Position numbers and translations under genes: made by a program. Of a stretch of DNA of 64,000 nucleotides, positions 30,184-40,204 are shown one piece after another. The stretch comes from Nitrospiraceae bacterium (lineage in GTDB: Bacteria > Nitrospirota > Nitrospiria > Nitrospirales > UBA2166), in the NCBI GenBank assembly GCA_002726235.1, contig PBSN01000025.1, positions 1 through 64,000 of the forward strand. The letters run 5' to 3'. The number at the start of each line of letters is the position of its first letter. Within the stretch, counting starts at the first letter, position 1. A model generated the notes under the pieces. It was not told where the DNA came from, searched no databases, and saw nothing but the letters and a program-made list of their open reading frames with translations.

Positions 30184-30350
30184 AAGGAAACTCCCTACCC
30201 CACTGCTCCCTTGGTTCAAGGGAGCAGTGGCCCTACTCTTGATTGCCCTGCCCCCTCGTGGTAGCGTTACGTGAGAGGCCCTGCCTATGCTGACATTCCC
30301 CGACATACATTGCCGATTCACCTCGGCGGTTCAGTAGAAGGAACTTCCTC
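30184..30350 (-). ncRNA. Candidate structured RNA (sRNA or cis element), family unknown
   Basis: On the minus strand the ends pair (15 bp with G-U pairs, 2-nt bulge); perfect 14-bp hairpin 30200-30230; hairpin 30312-30327; four GYAGGG motifs. Confidence 0.45.
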
Positions 30351-30355
30351 CAACC

Positions 30356-31363
30356 TTGGACAATACGACCACTCTCAAGGTGAAGCTTCAAGAGGGGACG
30401 GATACGGCCCTCCTCTTCGGCAACCACGATCGTCATCTCAAGGCTATTGAACAGGGCTTGGGAATTCGCATTTCGGCGCGTGGCGAAATGGTCATGCTAA
30501 AAGGATCGCGCACCGCGGTCAATGGAGCCGGGCGACTTATCACTGACTTGAGTGAACTGGTCAATCAAGGGCTTCGTATCGACACCGATGACGTGCACTC
30601 TGCAATTCAGCACATCCGGGATGTTCCAGAGGTCTCACTTCGTTCGCTCTTTTCAGATGGTCCACATATTTCCACGGCGAAACGATCAATCCACCCAAAG
30701 TCGATCACTCAGCGAACCTATCTTCAAGCCATCGCAAAATCAGATATCGTGGTCGGGATCGGCCCAGCAGGAACCGGAAAAACCTATTTGGCGATGGGTG
30801 CAGCTATTTCGGCCCTCAACAAAAGACTGGTTCAACGAATCGTCCTCACTCGCCCCGCAGTTGAAGCGGGTGAACGCCTTGGGTTTTTACCTGGCGATTT
30901 GAACGCCAAAATCGATCCCTATCTTCGGCCACTTTATGACGCGTTGTTTGATATGGTCGAGATGGAACAGGCCACTCGCCTCATTGAAATTGGAAATATT
31001 GAAATTGCTCCACTCGCATTCATGCGTGGGCGCACACTGAATGATTCGTTTGTCATTCTAGATGAGGCGCAGAATACCACCTCCGAACAGATGAAGATGT
31101 TACTTACCCGACTTGGCTTCAATTCCCAATTGGTGGTGACAGGGGATGTGACACAAATTGACCTCCCACGAGATCGCAATTCTGGACTGGAGGAGATCCG
31201 GGAGATACTGGCCGATATTGAAGGAATTGAATTTGTCCACTTCAGCGATCAAGACGTGGTTCGCCATCAATTGGTGAAGGAGATCATTAAGGCGTACGAT
31301 AAGCACGGACGAAAAGCATCCAAGATATGCGATTCACGTCATAAAACATCCCACGAACCATGA
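30356..31363 (+). CDS. phoH: PhoH-family ATPase (YbeZ-like)
   Basis: GPAGTGKT, LTRPAVEAGERLGFLPG, APLAFMRGRTL, LDEAQN, GDVTQIDL; start may be GTG 30380. Confidence 0.95.
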   Translation: MDNTTTLKVKLQEGTDTALLFGNHDRHLKAIEQGLGIRISARGEMVMLKGSRTAVNGAGRLITDLSELVNQGLRIDTDDVHSAIQHIRDVPEVSLRSLFSDGPHISTAKRSIHPKSITQRTYLQAIAKSDIVVGIGPAGTGKTYLAMGAAISALNKRLVQRIVLTRPAVEAGERLGFLPGDLNAKIDPYLRPLYDALFDMVEMEQATRLIEIGNIEIAPLAFMRGRTLNDSFVILDEAQNTTSEQMKMLLTRLGFNSQLVVTGDVTQIDLPRDRNSGLEEIREILADIEGIEFVHFSDQDVVRHQLVKEIIKAYDKHGRKASKICDSRHKTSHEP

Positions 31364-31857
31364 CAATGGTGGGACAGCCATTGGCCGAGCCACTCACCGT
31401 CTATCTCTCCAACCGCCAGCGGACTTTCAGAATACGTTCTCAGTTTCTCATCTCGACAGCGGAAACTATTCTGTGTCACGCGGGACAAACCACAGGAGAG
31501 TTGAGCGTGCTGTTGATCAATGATCGCGCAATGCGGGTGTTGAACGCACAGTATCGAGGAAAGGATCGCCCAACGGATGTATTGTCTTTTCCCCAATCTT
31601 CCCCACAGGGTTGCGCGGAGCAATTAATTGGTGATGTCGTGATTTCGCTCCAGACGGCAACACGGCAAGCGCAAGAACGACAATCGACGCTTCATGGGGA
31701 GATTGTCCGGCTACTTGTTCACGGAATCCTTCATCTCTTAGGATATGACCATGAGCACAGTCCGCAAGAACTCCAACTCATGGAGGACAAAGAACGTATG
31801 ATTATTCGATGCCTTATCGCGGAAGGCATCACGGTGAGCGGACCTAAGTCATGGTAG
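31360..31857 (+). CDS. ybeY: rRNA maturation endoribonuclease YbeY
   Basis: LN.QYRGKD.PTDVLSF, GDVVIS, HGILHLLGYDH. Confidence 0.96.
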   Translation: MTMVGQPLAEPLTVYLSNRQRTFRIRSQFLISTAETILCHAGQTTGELSVLLINDRAMRVLNAQYRGKDRPTDVLSFPQSSPQGCAEQLIGDVVISLQTATRQAQERQSTLHGEIVRLLVHGILHLLGYDHEHSPQELQLMEDKERMIIRCLIAEGITVSGPKSW

Positions 31858-32783
31858 GGTGGTTTAAACGACTCGGCAAAAAACTGACAAAGGAGCGAGG
31901 CACCCTTGCGGACAATTTAACCCACCTCATACTAGGGAGTCCTAAAATCGATGCCACACTCATCGAAGGACTCGAAGCAATTCTGATCCAAGCAGATTTA
32001 GGTGTGAATGTGACCAATAGAATTCTTGACCGCATTCAAAAAAATAATACTCTGGCTCTAGGTTATGACGCGAGTGAAGTCCGAGAACTGGTATACGCGG
32101 TCATCATCGACATTCTCAGACTGAGCCGAGGTTATACCGATGTTGTTCCTCCTCCCGCAGCACCAAGTCCCTATGTCTATATGATGGTTGGGGTGAACGG
32201 TGTTGGGAAAACTACCACTATCGCGAAACTCGCACATCGAGCCCGTGAGGGAGGAAAGGAGGTGTTACTCGTTGCCGCCGATACCTTTCGTGCGGCGGCC
32301 ATAGAGCAGCTCGAGATTTGGGGCCAGCGGCTCAACGTCGAGGTGATTCGCCATCGACAAGGTGCTGATCCCTCTGCGGTTATTCACGATGGCCTGACAG
32401 CGGCCAAGAACCGAAAAACCGATGTGGTGATTATTGATACTGCGGGTCGTCTTCAGACCAAACAAAATCTCATGAGCGAACTCGAAAAGATGCATCGGGT
32501 AATGGCAAAGATCCTTCCAGGCACACCTCACGATGTGCTTCTGGTACTTGATGCCACCACCGGACAGAATGCTCTTTCGCAAGCACGCCTTTTTAAAGAA
32601 GCAGTGGGCGTGACCGGCATCGTACTCACCAAACTCGATAGCACTTCAAAGGGTGGAATTGTCGTCGCCATTGTGGAAGAACTCAACATTCCAGTGAAAT
32701 GGATTGGTGTTGGAGAAAGCCACGCGGATTTCTCCAGTTTTGATGTCGAAGAGTTTGCAGATAGCTTGGTACAGGCACATTGA
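31851..32783 (+). CDS. ftsY: Signal recognition particle receptor FtsY
   Basis: [30 protein letters not shown]. Confidence 0.96.
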   Translation: MVGWFKRLGKKLTKERGTLADNLTHLILGSPKIDATLIEGLEAILIQADLGVNVTNRILDRIQKNNTLALGYDASEVRELVYAVIIDILRLSRGYTDVVPPPAAPSPYVYMMVGVNGVGKTTTIAKLAHRAREGGKEVLLVAADTFRAAAIEQLEIWGQRLNVEVIRHRQGADPSAVIHDGLTAAKNRKTDVVIIDTAGRLQTKQNLMSELEKMHRVMAKILPGTPHDVLLVLDATTGQNALSQARLFKEAVGVTGIVLTKLDSTSKGGIVVAIVEELNIPVKWIGVGESHADFSSFDVEEFADSLVQAH

Positions 32784-33481
32784 AAACTGATATTACTGCA
32801 CTTGGTCCATGGCCTGATTGGGATGATATCGATCACGTCCTTTTGGACATGGACGGCACCCTTTTGAATCTTGGATTTGATAACGAATTCTTCAGTGAGT
32901 TTCTCCCGGCGCAATACGCATTGGCCAACAATATCACCAAGGATGTCGCACAAGAGGACTTGTTTGCGAGGTACAAAGCCGTGGAAGACACCTTGCAGTG
33001 GTTTGACATCGAATATTGGGGACGCGAATTGGGGTTGGACGTGGTTAGGCTGACCGAACAACAATCACACAAGGTATCACTGCATCCTGACGCCAATGCG
33101 TTTCTCAAGCACGTGAAAACGCTCGGCAAGCCGGCATCCCTCATCACCAACGCACATCACACCACGCTGAAGATCAAGATAAAGCGTACGGGGATCGATC
33201 AGTATTTGGAAAAGATGCTGTGCTCCAGCGAGGTTGGTGTTCCCAAGCACCATCTCAAATTCTGGGATTATGCACAGAAAAAAATTGGCTACGATCCAGC
33301 GCGCACATTGTTCATCGACGATTCAGAAAAGGTTCTTTTGGCCGCACGCAAGCACGGTATCCGCTATCTTCTGCACCGGTCCAAGCCCAGTATGACCGAC
33401 CCCCCACGCCCATCCGACAAGTTCCACTCCATCGAAGATTTTCATCCCCTGATGCATCCCCGTCAGTACCCCTGTCTCTGA
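32780..33481 (+). CDS. yrfG: HAD-family GMP/IMP nucleotidase YrfG-like
   Basis: W.DID.VLLDMDGTLL.L.FDN.F, TNAH, PK, LFIDDS. Confidence 0.8.
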   Translation: MKTDITALGPWPDWDDIDHVLLDMDGTLLNLGFDNEFFSEFLPAQYALANNITKDVAQEDLFARYKAVEDTLQWFDIEYWGRELGLDVVRLTEQQSHKVSLHPDANAFLKHVKTLGKPASLITNAHHTTLKIKIKRTGIDQYLEKMLCSSEVGVPKHHLKFWDYAQKKIGYDPARTLFIDDSEKVLLAARKHGIRYLLHRSKPSMTDPPRPSDKFHSIEDFHPLMHPRQYPCL

Positions 33482-33600
33482 GCTCAAAGACACATTCTTT
33501 GCCTCTTTTTCATACCCAGTCTGCCCCTCCTGTTCAGGGCAGGTCACACAAAGGATCGCATGCCTAACCTCAGAGACAGTCCGTGAAACACTTTCTTCTA

Positions 33601-33628
33601 AGATCCTTCGCCTACGCCTCAGAATGAC
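33601..33628. repeat. REP-like palindromic element remnant between convergent genes
   Basis: agatccttcgcctacgcctcagaatgac, with a partial complement aaggatc at 33551-33557. Confidence 0.35.
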
Positions 33629-33658
33629 GTTTGCCTACACCGACAACAGGTAGGAAAT

Positions 33659-34261
33659 CTACAAGTCAAAATTCACCACTTGCTGTTGCGGCTGCCGAGT
33701 TTTAGCGTCTAACGAGGGTTGTGGCAATTCCCGTATTGGGGGAAGGTCTTTGAGATTGTTAAGTCCAAAGGTTTTCAAAAAGTCGTTGGTTGTCCCGTAG
33801 ATCACAGGGCGTCCCACGCCCTCCCGGCGACCAAGAATCCGAACTAATCTCCGCTCCAGCAGTGTCCGCATCACCCCGCCAGTGTCAACGCCTCGCACGT
33901 CTTCAATTTCCGGTCGCGTAATGGGCTGCTTATAGGCGACAATAGCCAACACCTCCAATCCAGAACGAGAAAGTTTTGGTTTTCCTGCAACAAAACGTTT
34001 TACCCATGGGCCACAATCTGGCTGGGTGGTAAAACTAAATCCTCCTGCAACTTCGACGCACTGAATACCGCGTCCAGGCTTGTCGCATTCCTCTTGAATC
34101 AATCGAATGGCAATTTCGATGTCGCCTAGTGGTGTTCCATCAATCATCTGGCTAATCTGTTTGAGCGACATGGGCTCTGGTGACACGAAGAGCAATGACT
34201 CGATGATCGCTTTGAGATCCTGTGCTTGCATCTTTGGCGCTGAATTTTCATTCATTCGCAC
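33659..34261 (-). CDS. scpB: SMC-ScpAB subunit ScpB
   Basis: IESLLFVS.EP, EVAGG, LS...LEVLAIVAYKQPITR.EIE.VRGV, GRPV.YGTT..FL..FGL..L.DLP. Confidence 0.93.
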   Translation of the reverse strand: MRMNENSAPKMQAQDLKAIIESLLFVSPEPMSLKQISQMIDGTPLGDIEIAIRLIQEECDKPGRGIQCVEVAGGFSFTTQPDCGPWVKRFVAGKPKLSRSGLEVLAIVAYKQPITRPEIEDVRGVDTGGVMRTLLERRLVRILGRREGVGRPVIYGTTNDFLKTFGLNNLKDLPPIRELPQPSLDAKTRQPQQQVVNFDL

Positions 34262-35010
34262 TCTCCTCCGATAATATCAATAACGATCACGGTGACGTTA
34301 TCTTCTCCTCCCATACGATTTGCCTCGTCGACCAAGAGTAATACACACGGCTCAGCCTCTTTGATCTCGGACAATATTGCAGAAAGTTGATTATCGTCAA
34401 GCATATTCCACAGCCCGTCGGAGCAAAATAGCAACCGGTCTTTTGGCTGAATGTTGATCGTTCGCACATCTGCACGAAGTTCCTCCATTATTCCGACCGC
34501 ACGTTCGAGCACATAGTGGTTGGGATGACTCATGTCTGCAACGATAGTGTGGTCTGTCGTGAGTTGTCTAAGGGTACCCGCACGCCATTGATACGCGCGG
34601 CAATCCCCAACCTGACCAATAGTCACACGGGAGGTGTGAAAAATAGCGGCTAACAACGTACATCCCATGCCGGTCAGCGCCACATTTTTTTTTGCTTCAG
34701 CACGAACGATCTCATTCGCTTCGCCCATCGCGTTGAGAACGGCCGTTTCTACGTACCAAGTTTCCGTATCGCAGGAGAGGTCATTGAGGATTGCTAACAA
34801 TGAATCGTCGATCGACCCGCAGGCGAGTTGACTCGCAACTTCTCCAGCTACATGACCACCGAGGCCGTCAGCGACGACAAATCCTCCGCGCGATCCATAT
34901 TGAATAGAGTACGTATCTTCATTGTGCTCACGTTGTCTTCCACGATCCGTTCCTCCTGCAAATCGAAGCGTGAGCATGAGATTTTCAGCTAGCTGGAAGC
35001 TTCCAGACAT
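34252..35010 (-). CDS. PP2C-family Ser/Thr phosphatase (Stp1/PrpC-like)
   Basis: TD.G..R..NED, VADGLGGH.AGEVAS, VGDCRAY, CSDGL, GGEDNVT; start may be 34977. Confidence 0.92.
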   Translation of the reverse strand: MSGSFQLAENLMLTLRFAGGTDRGRQREHNEDTYSIQYGSRGGFVVADGLGGHVAGEVASQLACGSIDDSLLAILNDLSCDTETWYVETAVLNAMGEANEIVRAEAKKNVALTGMGCTLLAAIFHTSRVTIGQVGDCRAYQWRAGTLRQLTTDHTIVADMSHPNHYVLERAVGIMEELRADVRTINIQPKDRLLFCSDGLWNMLDDNQLSAILSEIKEAEPCVLLLVDEANRMGGEDNVTVIVIDIIGGECE

Positions 35011-35090
35011 GCATTATTGGAAAAAGCATGGAAACTTCCCAAATGAACACTGAACGAGAAACGCACATTGCTTTTTATCTGCCAAACCAC

Positions 35091-35609
35091 TTACATGGGT
35101 GGACGATGTTTGAGATACCTCTCTGGGCATGTTTCCCATAAACCAATTTTTGATTCACGCGCCACACGCTCAATCTCGATGTACTCTGCCTTCTTATCGG
35201 CAGGATATTTTCTTGGCACCCATGCATTGCCCCGACGAATAACGTCAGCATTGACATCCTTCCCGTCGATCTCCGCATACACAAGAAGCCGCCCACGACG
35301 ATCTATTTTGTCGGCACTATCCCACGTGATGACAATATCTTTATCGAAAATCAAAGACCTCAAGAACTCCGCGGCCTCAAGCGCATAGCACGAGCCTCCA
35401 TCTTCACCCCACCCAGCCGCATCGACTGCCATAAGATTCGCTTCGTAATTTCCTGATTTTCCCGGCAAGGTCACAACAATAGTATCCCCATCAAACACCC
35501 AAACAACATGCGCAGTCTGGCGCGTAAAGTCCGCATCCGACACCGACCCATAAGCCTCCAGGCCAACGCTAACTATCGTAAGCATGAAGATCCAAGCTAC
35601 TTTGTGCAT
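35091..35609 (-). CDS. Secreted thermonuclease (SNase)-family protein, possibly catalytically altered
   Basis: Signal peptide; V.DGDT, DRRGRLL.Y, E..AR..KIGLW; the canonical RLxxxDxPE is NLMAVDAAG here. Confidence 0.8.
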   Translation of the reverse strand: MHKVAWIFMLTIVSVGLEAYGSVSDADFTRQTAHVVWVFDGDTIVVTLPGKSGNYEANLMAVDAAGWGEDGGSCYALEAAEFLRSLIFDKDIVITWDSADKIDRRGRLLVYAEIDGKDVNADVIRRGNAWVPRKYPADKKAEYIEIERVARESKIGLWETCPERYLKHRPPM

Positions 35610-35621
35610 TTTCTTCTTCTC

Positions 35622-37409
35622 TCAGGAGATGGTATCTTCAAGGGTACCAACCATATCCGCAATGGTATCGAAGCCCGACTGCCAGAAGGTTACCGATCTC
35701 ATATTAATCCCCATCGCCGTGAGAATCGTTTCAGGGCTCTCTGACCCACCCGTTGCGAGCAAGCCCAGATAACGAGGCACAAATGCCTGACCTTCCTGGA
35801 TGTATCGTCGATGCAATGCTAGTGCCAAGAGAGTTCCAAAACTATAGGCATAACAATAGAATGGCATATGATAAAAGTGTGGAATAGTGAGCCACTCCCA
35901 CTGAAAGTCGTCAGGAACCCCGACCTGTTTTCCAAACTGATCTCGCAAGTCGGCCAGATAGACGCCACAGAGATCTGCCGTCGTTGCGCCCTCTCCAATC
36001 ATTCGATGCGCCTGCATTTCAAACTGTGTAAAAAACGCCTGTCTGAGAACTGTTGCATAGAGATCATCCAGCTGAGAGATCAGCAGTTGTTGTCTGACCG
36101 TTGCACTTCGCTCGTTGGCCAGAAGAAAGTCTGCCAGTAGACGCTCCCCGAAAACCGAAGCGGTTTCAGCTAGTGGCAACGTCGAGTGGAAACTAAGCAC
36201 CGACTGATCTGCCGCCATCATGCCGTGAACGGCATGGCCAAGTTCGTGTGCCACAGTAGCCACATCTCTGGGATCTCCACGAAAATTCAACATCACATAT
36301 GGGGTAATGTCAGGAAGAACGCTGTAGCAGTAAGCACCAGCCATTTTCCCTTGCCGAGTTTCTGCGTCAATATGATTTTCCAAAAACACCTGCTCGGCAC
36401 GGTCGGCAAGATCAGGTGAAAAGCTCCGATAGGCTGCCAAGACCATATGTACGGCATCCTGATATCGATATCGCGTGGCAGTTTTCCTGAAAGGGGCATA
36501 AATGTGAAAGCGGTCCATTTTTTTCATCCCACACAATCGCGCTTTGAGTACAAAGTAGCGTTGAAAAATGTGGGCGTTTTTTCGACACACCTTCAGGAGC
36601 ACGTTGACAACATCATCCGGAATGTCGTTGCTCATATTTCTGACCGAAATAGGAGAGCGATGTCTCCGCAGAGATAACTGCTCGTTCTTCCAATCCATAA
36701 CGCGCGTTTTATACAACTCGCCAATGACAACACTCTGTCCTGAAAATACCCGGAAGAGTTCTGTGTACGCGCGCACTCGCAAGGAAGGATCAACATGACG
36801 CATATAGCCGGTTAATTCCTCCCGCGTCATTGATGCTTTCGTCTTGCCTTTCCTTTTCAGAAGTTCGAAAGTGAATCCGCTCGTCAGAACATCAAATATC
36901 GTGATGATGGCGCTCGACCCGGTGATGTTCTTAATGGTCAAAATTTTCTCCTCAGCCTCAGAACGCGTATGAGGCCGGAAGAGCCGAATGGTTTCTAAAC
37001 GATAGCGATGCAAACCAGCAGCATTTAGGAGTTGCCGCGCCTTCAAATCCTCGACCGATTGCCACCAGAGATCAAAGAAGAGCATACGATTAGCGATCTC
37101 TGCGCCAAACTGTTCGACCTTCGCTTTGAAGACTAATGCCCGCTGATTCCCGGTATCCTCAGAGAACCAAAGGTAGCTAAAGGCCTCTAACTTATGGATA
37201 AGGCGGGCTATACGCTCGGCTCGCTGCAACGCCTCGAGGAAGGCCGGTCGAGGACGTGACGATATGAGACGGCTTTGCAAAGACTCAAAGGCCTTAACCT
37301 CGCGGATGATGGTCCGATTGATGGTCTGAAATTCTCGCCCTGGATTCCGAAGCAAATCCGTCAGGTTCCATTTCATTTCAAGTGCTGGTCGTTTTGTCCG
37401 AGTGGACAT
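35622..37409 (-). CDS. pepF: M3B oligoendopeptidase F
   Basis: WNL.DL, GK..GAYC, TVAHELGHAVH, LAETASVF.E, IPHFY..PFYCYAY.FG. Confidence 0.9.
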   Translation of the reverse strand: MSTRTKRPALEMKWNLTDLLRNPGREFQTINRTIIREVKAFESLQSRLISSRPRPAFLEALQRAERIARLIHKLEAFSYLWFSEDTGNQRALVFKAKVEQFGAEIANRMLFFDLWWQSVEDLKARQLLNAAGLHRYRLETIRLFRPHTRSEAEEKILTIKNITGSSAIITIFDVLTSGFTFELLKRKGKTKASMTREELTGYMRHVDPSLRVRAYTELFRVFSGQSVVIGELYKTRVMDWKNEQLSLRRHRSPISVRNMSNDIPDDVVNVLLKVCRKNAHIFQRYFVLKARLCGMKKMDRFHIYAPFRKTATRYRYQDAVHMVLAAYRSFSPDLADRAEQVFLENHIDAETRQGKMAGAYCYSVLPDITPYVMLNFRGDPRDVATVAHELGHAVHGMMAADQSVLSFHSTLPLAETASVFGERLLADFLLANERSATVRQQLLISQLDDLYATVLRQAFFTQFEMQAHRMIGEGATTADLCGVYLADLRDQFGKQVGVPDDFQWEWLTIPHFYHMPFYCYAYSFGTLLALALHRRYIQEGQAFVPRYLGLLATGGSESPETILTAMGINMRSVTFWQSGFDTIADMVGTLEDTIS

Positions 37410-37411
37410 GG

Positions 37412-38755
37412 TTAAATCGTTCCCTGTTTTCTTCCTTTGGATTTTATTCGAATGCGCACCGGAGTTCCGTCAAACCCCCATTCTTCACGGATACGGTTTT
37501 CAAGAAAACGAATATACGTTGCGCCAAATGCTTTTGGGTTACCCGTAAAAAGGACAAAGGTCGGCGGCTTCACAGAGACCTGCACCATAAAAGATGCGGT
37601 TGCACTCCCCCCTTTCTTCGCGGGAGGCGGAGTTTTCTCGATAAGATCCTGAAAGAACCGGTTCAGCTGCCCCGTCGAGACTCGCTGCGAATACTTTTCC
37701 ATCACCTGATCAATCAACTTGAACACCTGTGGAACCGTTTTTGGTTTCATCCCGGCCCCGAACAAAAACGGTGCCCAGTAGAGAAACGGCATTTGGCGGT
37801 GTAAGTTTTGACGGTACGCGACACGCAACTCTTCCCCAGACTCCTGAAGATCCCACTTATTAATCATCAAGATCATGGCTCGCCCCATACGTAAGGCAAG
37901 TCCAGCAATCTTGGTGTCCTGCTCAGTCGGACCCTCCATACTATCAAGCACCAGAATCGCGATATCCGCCTGACCTAAACTCTTCAATGCGCGAAGCACA
38001 CTGTAACGTTCGACCCCGCGATCGATGCTCCCACGTCGACGGATGCCAGCAGTGTCAATAAACCGGTAGGACTTTTTGTAATACGTCACTAGGGTGTCGA
38101 TGGAATCGCGAGTTGTTCCAGGGAGATCGCTCACTACCATACGATCTTCTCGTGCAATCGTATTGATGAGAGTCGATTTGCCAACGTTTGGCCGGCCAAC
38201 AATAGCAATCTGTGGAATACCATCGTGCCCACCATCGAAATTTTCATCATGGTTTTTGATCAGAGGATATACCTCTTCGAGAAGATCATCGACCCCCAGG
38301 CCATGTTCTGCTGAAACTGGATAGAGCATGTCGACTCCCAACTCGCAAAAATCGGCTACCAGCTCCTCTTTTGCTGGAATATCTATCTTATTCACGACAA
38401 CAAAGACCGGTTTCGGGTTTCCACGCACAATATTCATAATTTCACGATCCGTCGGCGTCAGCCCAGCACGTCCATCCATCAGAAAAATAATCACATCCGC
38501 CTCTGCAATCGCCAATTCCGATTGCCGTTTGACCAACCCCAACATGCCCTCATCTCGGGTAGGTTCTAGGCCCCCCGTATCCATGAGCTGAAAGACTTTG
38601 CCCCGAAAGGATGCCTCGGCACAAAGCCGATCGCGTGTAACTCCAGCCAAGTCATCAACAATCGCCTTGCGCTTTTCCACAATTCGATTGAACAAGGTCG
38701 ATTTGCCAACATTCGGCCGCCCAATGATGGCAATGAGAGGGATTCTAGATTTCAT
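37412..38755 (-). CDS. der: Ribosome biogenesis GTPase Der
   Basis: Two GRPNVGKS GTPase domains (GVTRD, DTGG, NKID; GTTRD, DTAG, NKWD) plus KH-like C-terminus. Confidence 0.97.
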   Translation of the reverse strand: MKSRIPLIAIIGRPNVGKSTLFNRIVEKRKAIVDDLAGVTRDRLCAEASFRGKVFQLMDTGGLEPTRDEGMLGLVKRQSELAIAEADVIIFLMDGRAGLTPTDREIMNIVRGNPKPVFVVVNKIDIPAKEELVADFCELGVDMLYPVSAEHGLGVDDLLEEVYPLIKNHDENFDGGHDGIPQIAIVGRPNVGKSTLINTIAREDRMVVSDLPGTTRDSIDTLVTYYKKSYRFIDTAGIRRRGSIDRGVERYSVLRALKSLGQADIAILVLDSMEGPTEQDTKIAGLALRMGRAMILMINKWDLQESGEELRVAYRQNLHRQMPFLYWAPFLFGAGMKPKTVPQVFKLIDQVMEKYSQRVSTGQLNRFFQDLIEKTPPPAKKGGSATASFMVQVSVKPPTFVLFTGNPKAFGATYIRFLENRIREEWGFDGTPVRIRIKSKGRKQGTI

Positions 38756-38998
38756 GATGGACACCAACGATATCGAGACTGGAAATGGGAAACTAGCATA
38801 GGGATAGGCTCATGACAAGGACGTGACAACGAAATACGTCGCCAGTTCTAGCAACCGAGAAATGGCTTCCAAGTAAAAATTGAATCCTTAGCATGGCAAC
38901 TTTTGTTGACCGCGTAGACATAACAGGTGTAATCCCTTTTACCTTGCGGCGTTTTTCTTCATCTGCAATAATGCTCCCCTGCTAACGTTTTGAATCCT

Positions 38999-39712
38999 AT
39001 GGCGAAACTCGGCGTCAATGTTGATCACGTCGCAACGTTGCGACAAGCCCGCGGCGGAAATGAACCCGATCCCGTCACCGTTGCGTCTCTCGCTGAACTA
39101 GGCGGGGCCGATGGCATTGTCGTTCACCTTCGCGAAGACCGCCGTCATATTCAGGAACGCGATCTGCATCTCCTCAAGGCGATGGTTAAAACAAAACTGA
39201 ATATGGAAATGGCGGCTACGGACGAGATGGCTCACATTGCCATGAACATCCGGCCTGATCTCGTAACCTTGGTTCCAGAACGACGCGCGGAATTGACGAC
39301 AGAAGGTGGCGTTGATGTCATCGGACGCAAGGATGATTTTAAGACGATCATCAAGACACTTCACGAATCAGAAATCCCGGTCAGTTTGTTCATTGACCCA
39401 TCCATTGACCAAGTCAAGGCTGCGCACAAAGTTGATGCGGATACCGTGGAAATTCATACCGGCCCGTTTGCCAATACCAGCGACCCGGAATCAGAGAGAA
39501 CTGAACTCGATGCGATCGCCAACTGTGTGCGCCTTGCGTACAAGCTACAGCTTGGCGTGAGTGTTGGGCACGGACTCAATTACCACAATATTACGATGCT
39601 GACACCTCTTGAGGAAATCGAGGAATACAACATCGGCCACAGCATTGTCGCTCGTGCAGTTCTCGTCGGTTTCGACCGAGCAGTGGGCGAGATGAAAACC
39701 CTGCTTGTATAG
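38999..39712 (+). CDS. pdxJ: Pyridoxine 5'-phosphate synthase
   Basis: LGVNVDHVATLRQAR, HLREDRRHI, ELTTEGG, EIHTG, GHGL.Y, NIGHSI. Confidence 0.97.
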   Translation: MAKLGVNVDHVATLRQARGGNEPDPVTVASLAELGGADGIVVHLREDRRHIQERDLHLLKAMVKTKLNMEMAATDEMAHIAMNIRPDLVTLVPERRAELTTEGGVDVIGRKDDFKTIIKTLHESEIPVSLFIDPSIDQVKAAHKVDADTVEIHTGPFANTSDPESERTELDAIANCVRLAYKLQLGVSVGHGLNYHNITMLTPLEEIEEYNIGHSIVARAVLVGFDRAVGEMKTLLV

Positions 39713-39802
39713 TCTGTTGACACGCAACATCTATCCCATCCAAATGTTAGGCAACATCCCTGTTGCTCCAACGCAAATACCCGGACCCCACGAACGCCTG
39801 CC

Positions 39803-40195
39803 ATGATCATTGGTATTGGGATCGACCTAGTGCGAATCGATCGCCTTCAAGCTATCGCCACGCGCTGGGAAGATCGTTTTCTCGCTCGCGTGTACACATG
39901 CGCTGAACGTGATGAATGCTTTGCACGGGCAACTCCGTTTCCCGCACTTGCCGGTCGCTTTGCACTCAAGGAGGCAATGTTCAAAGCCCTTGGCACCGGG
40001 TGGAACTCAGGCATCAGCTGGGTGGAAGTCGAAGTCTTTACCGATGGCACAGGAAAACCAATGATTCGCACATCAGGAAAAGTACACGAGTTGCTAGATT
40101 CAAAAAAAGCATCAACTATCCATGTAACCGCATCACATGATGGGGACTATGCAATTGGTCAGGTCATTCTGACGAAAGATGACTGCGAAAAGTAA
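39803..40195 (+). CDS. acpS: Holo-ACP synthase
   Basis: GIGIDLV, GRFALKEA..KALGTG, SHD..YA. Confidence 0.95.
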   Translation: MIIGIGIDLVRIDRLQAIATRWEDRFLARVYTCAERDECFARATPFPALAGRFALKEAMFKALGTGWNSGISWVEVEVFTDGTGKPMIRTSGKVHELLDSKKASTIHVTASHDGDYAIGQVILTKDDCEK

Positions 40196-40204
40196 CGGTT
40201 CTCC

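Noticed and set aside
30204..30225. CCUUGAACCAAGGG on the minus strand, as in E. coli 6S RNA
   Set aside because: The region does not fold as a 6S-type rod with a central bubble, and the zapA/ygfA/rny context is absent. Kept as an unknown RNA candidate.
30257..30268. ops-like CGTGGTAGCGTT as a possible RfaH target
   Set aside because: Only 9 of 12 positions match GGCGGTAGCGTG, including a change at C3, and it precedes housekeeping genes.
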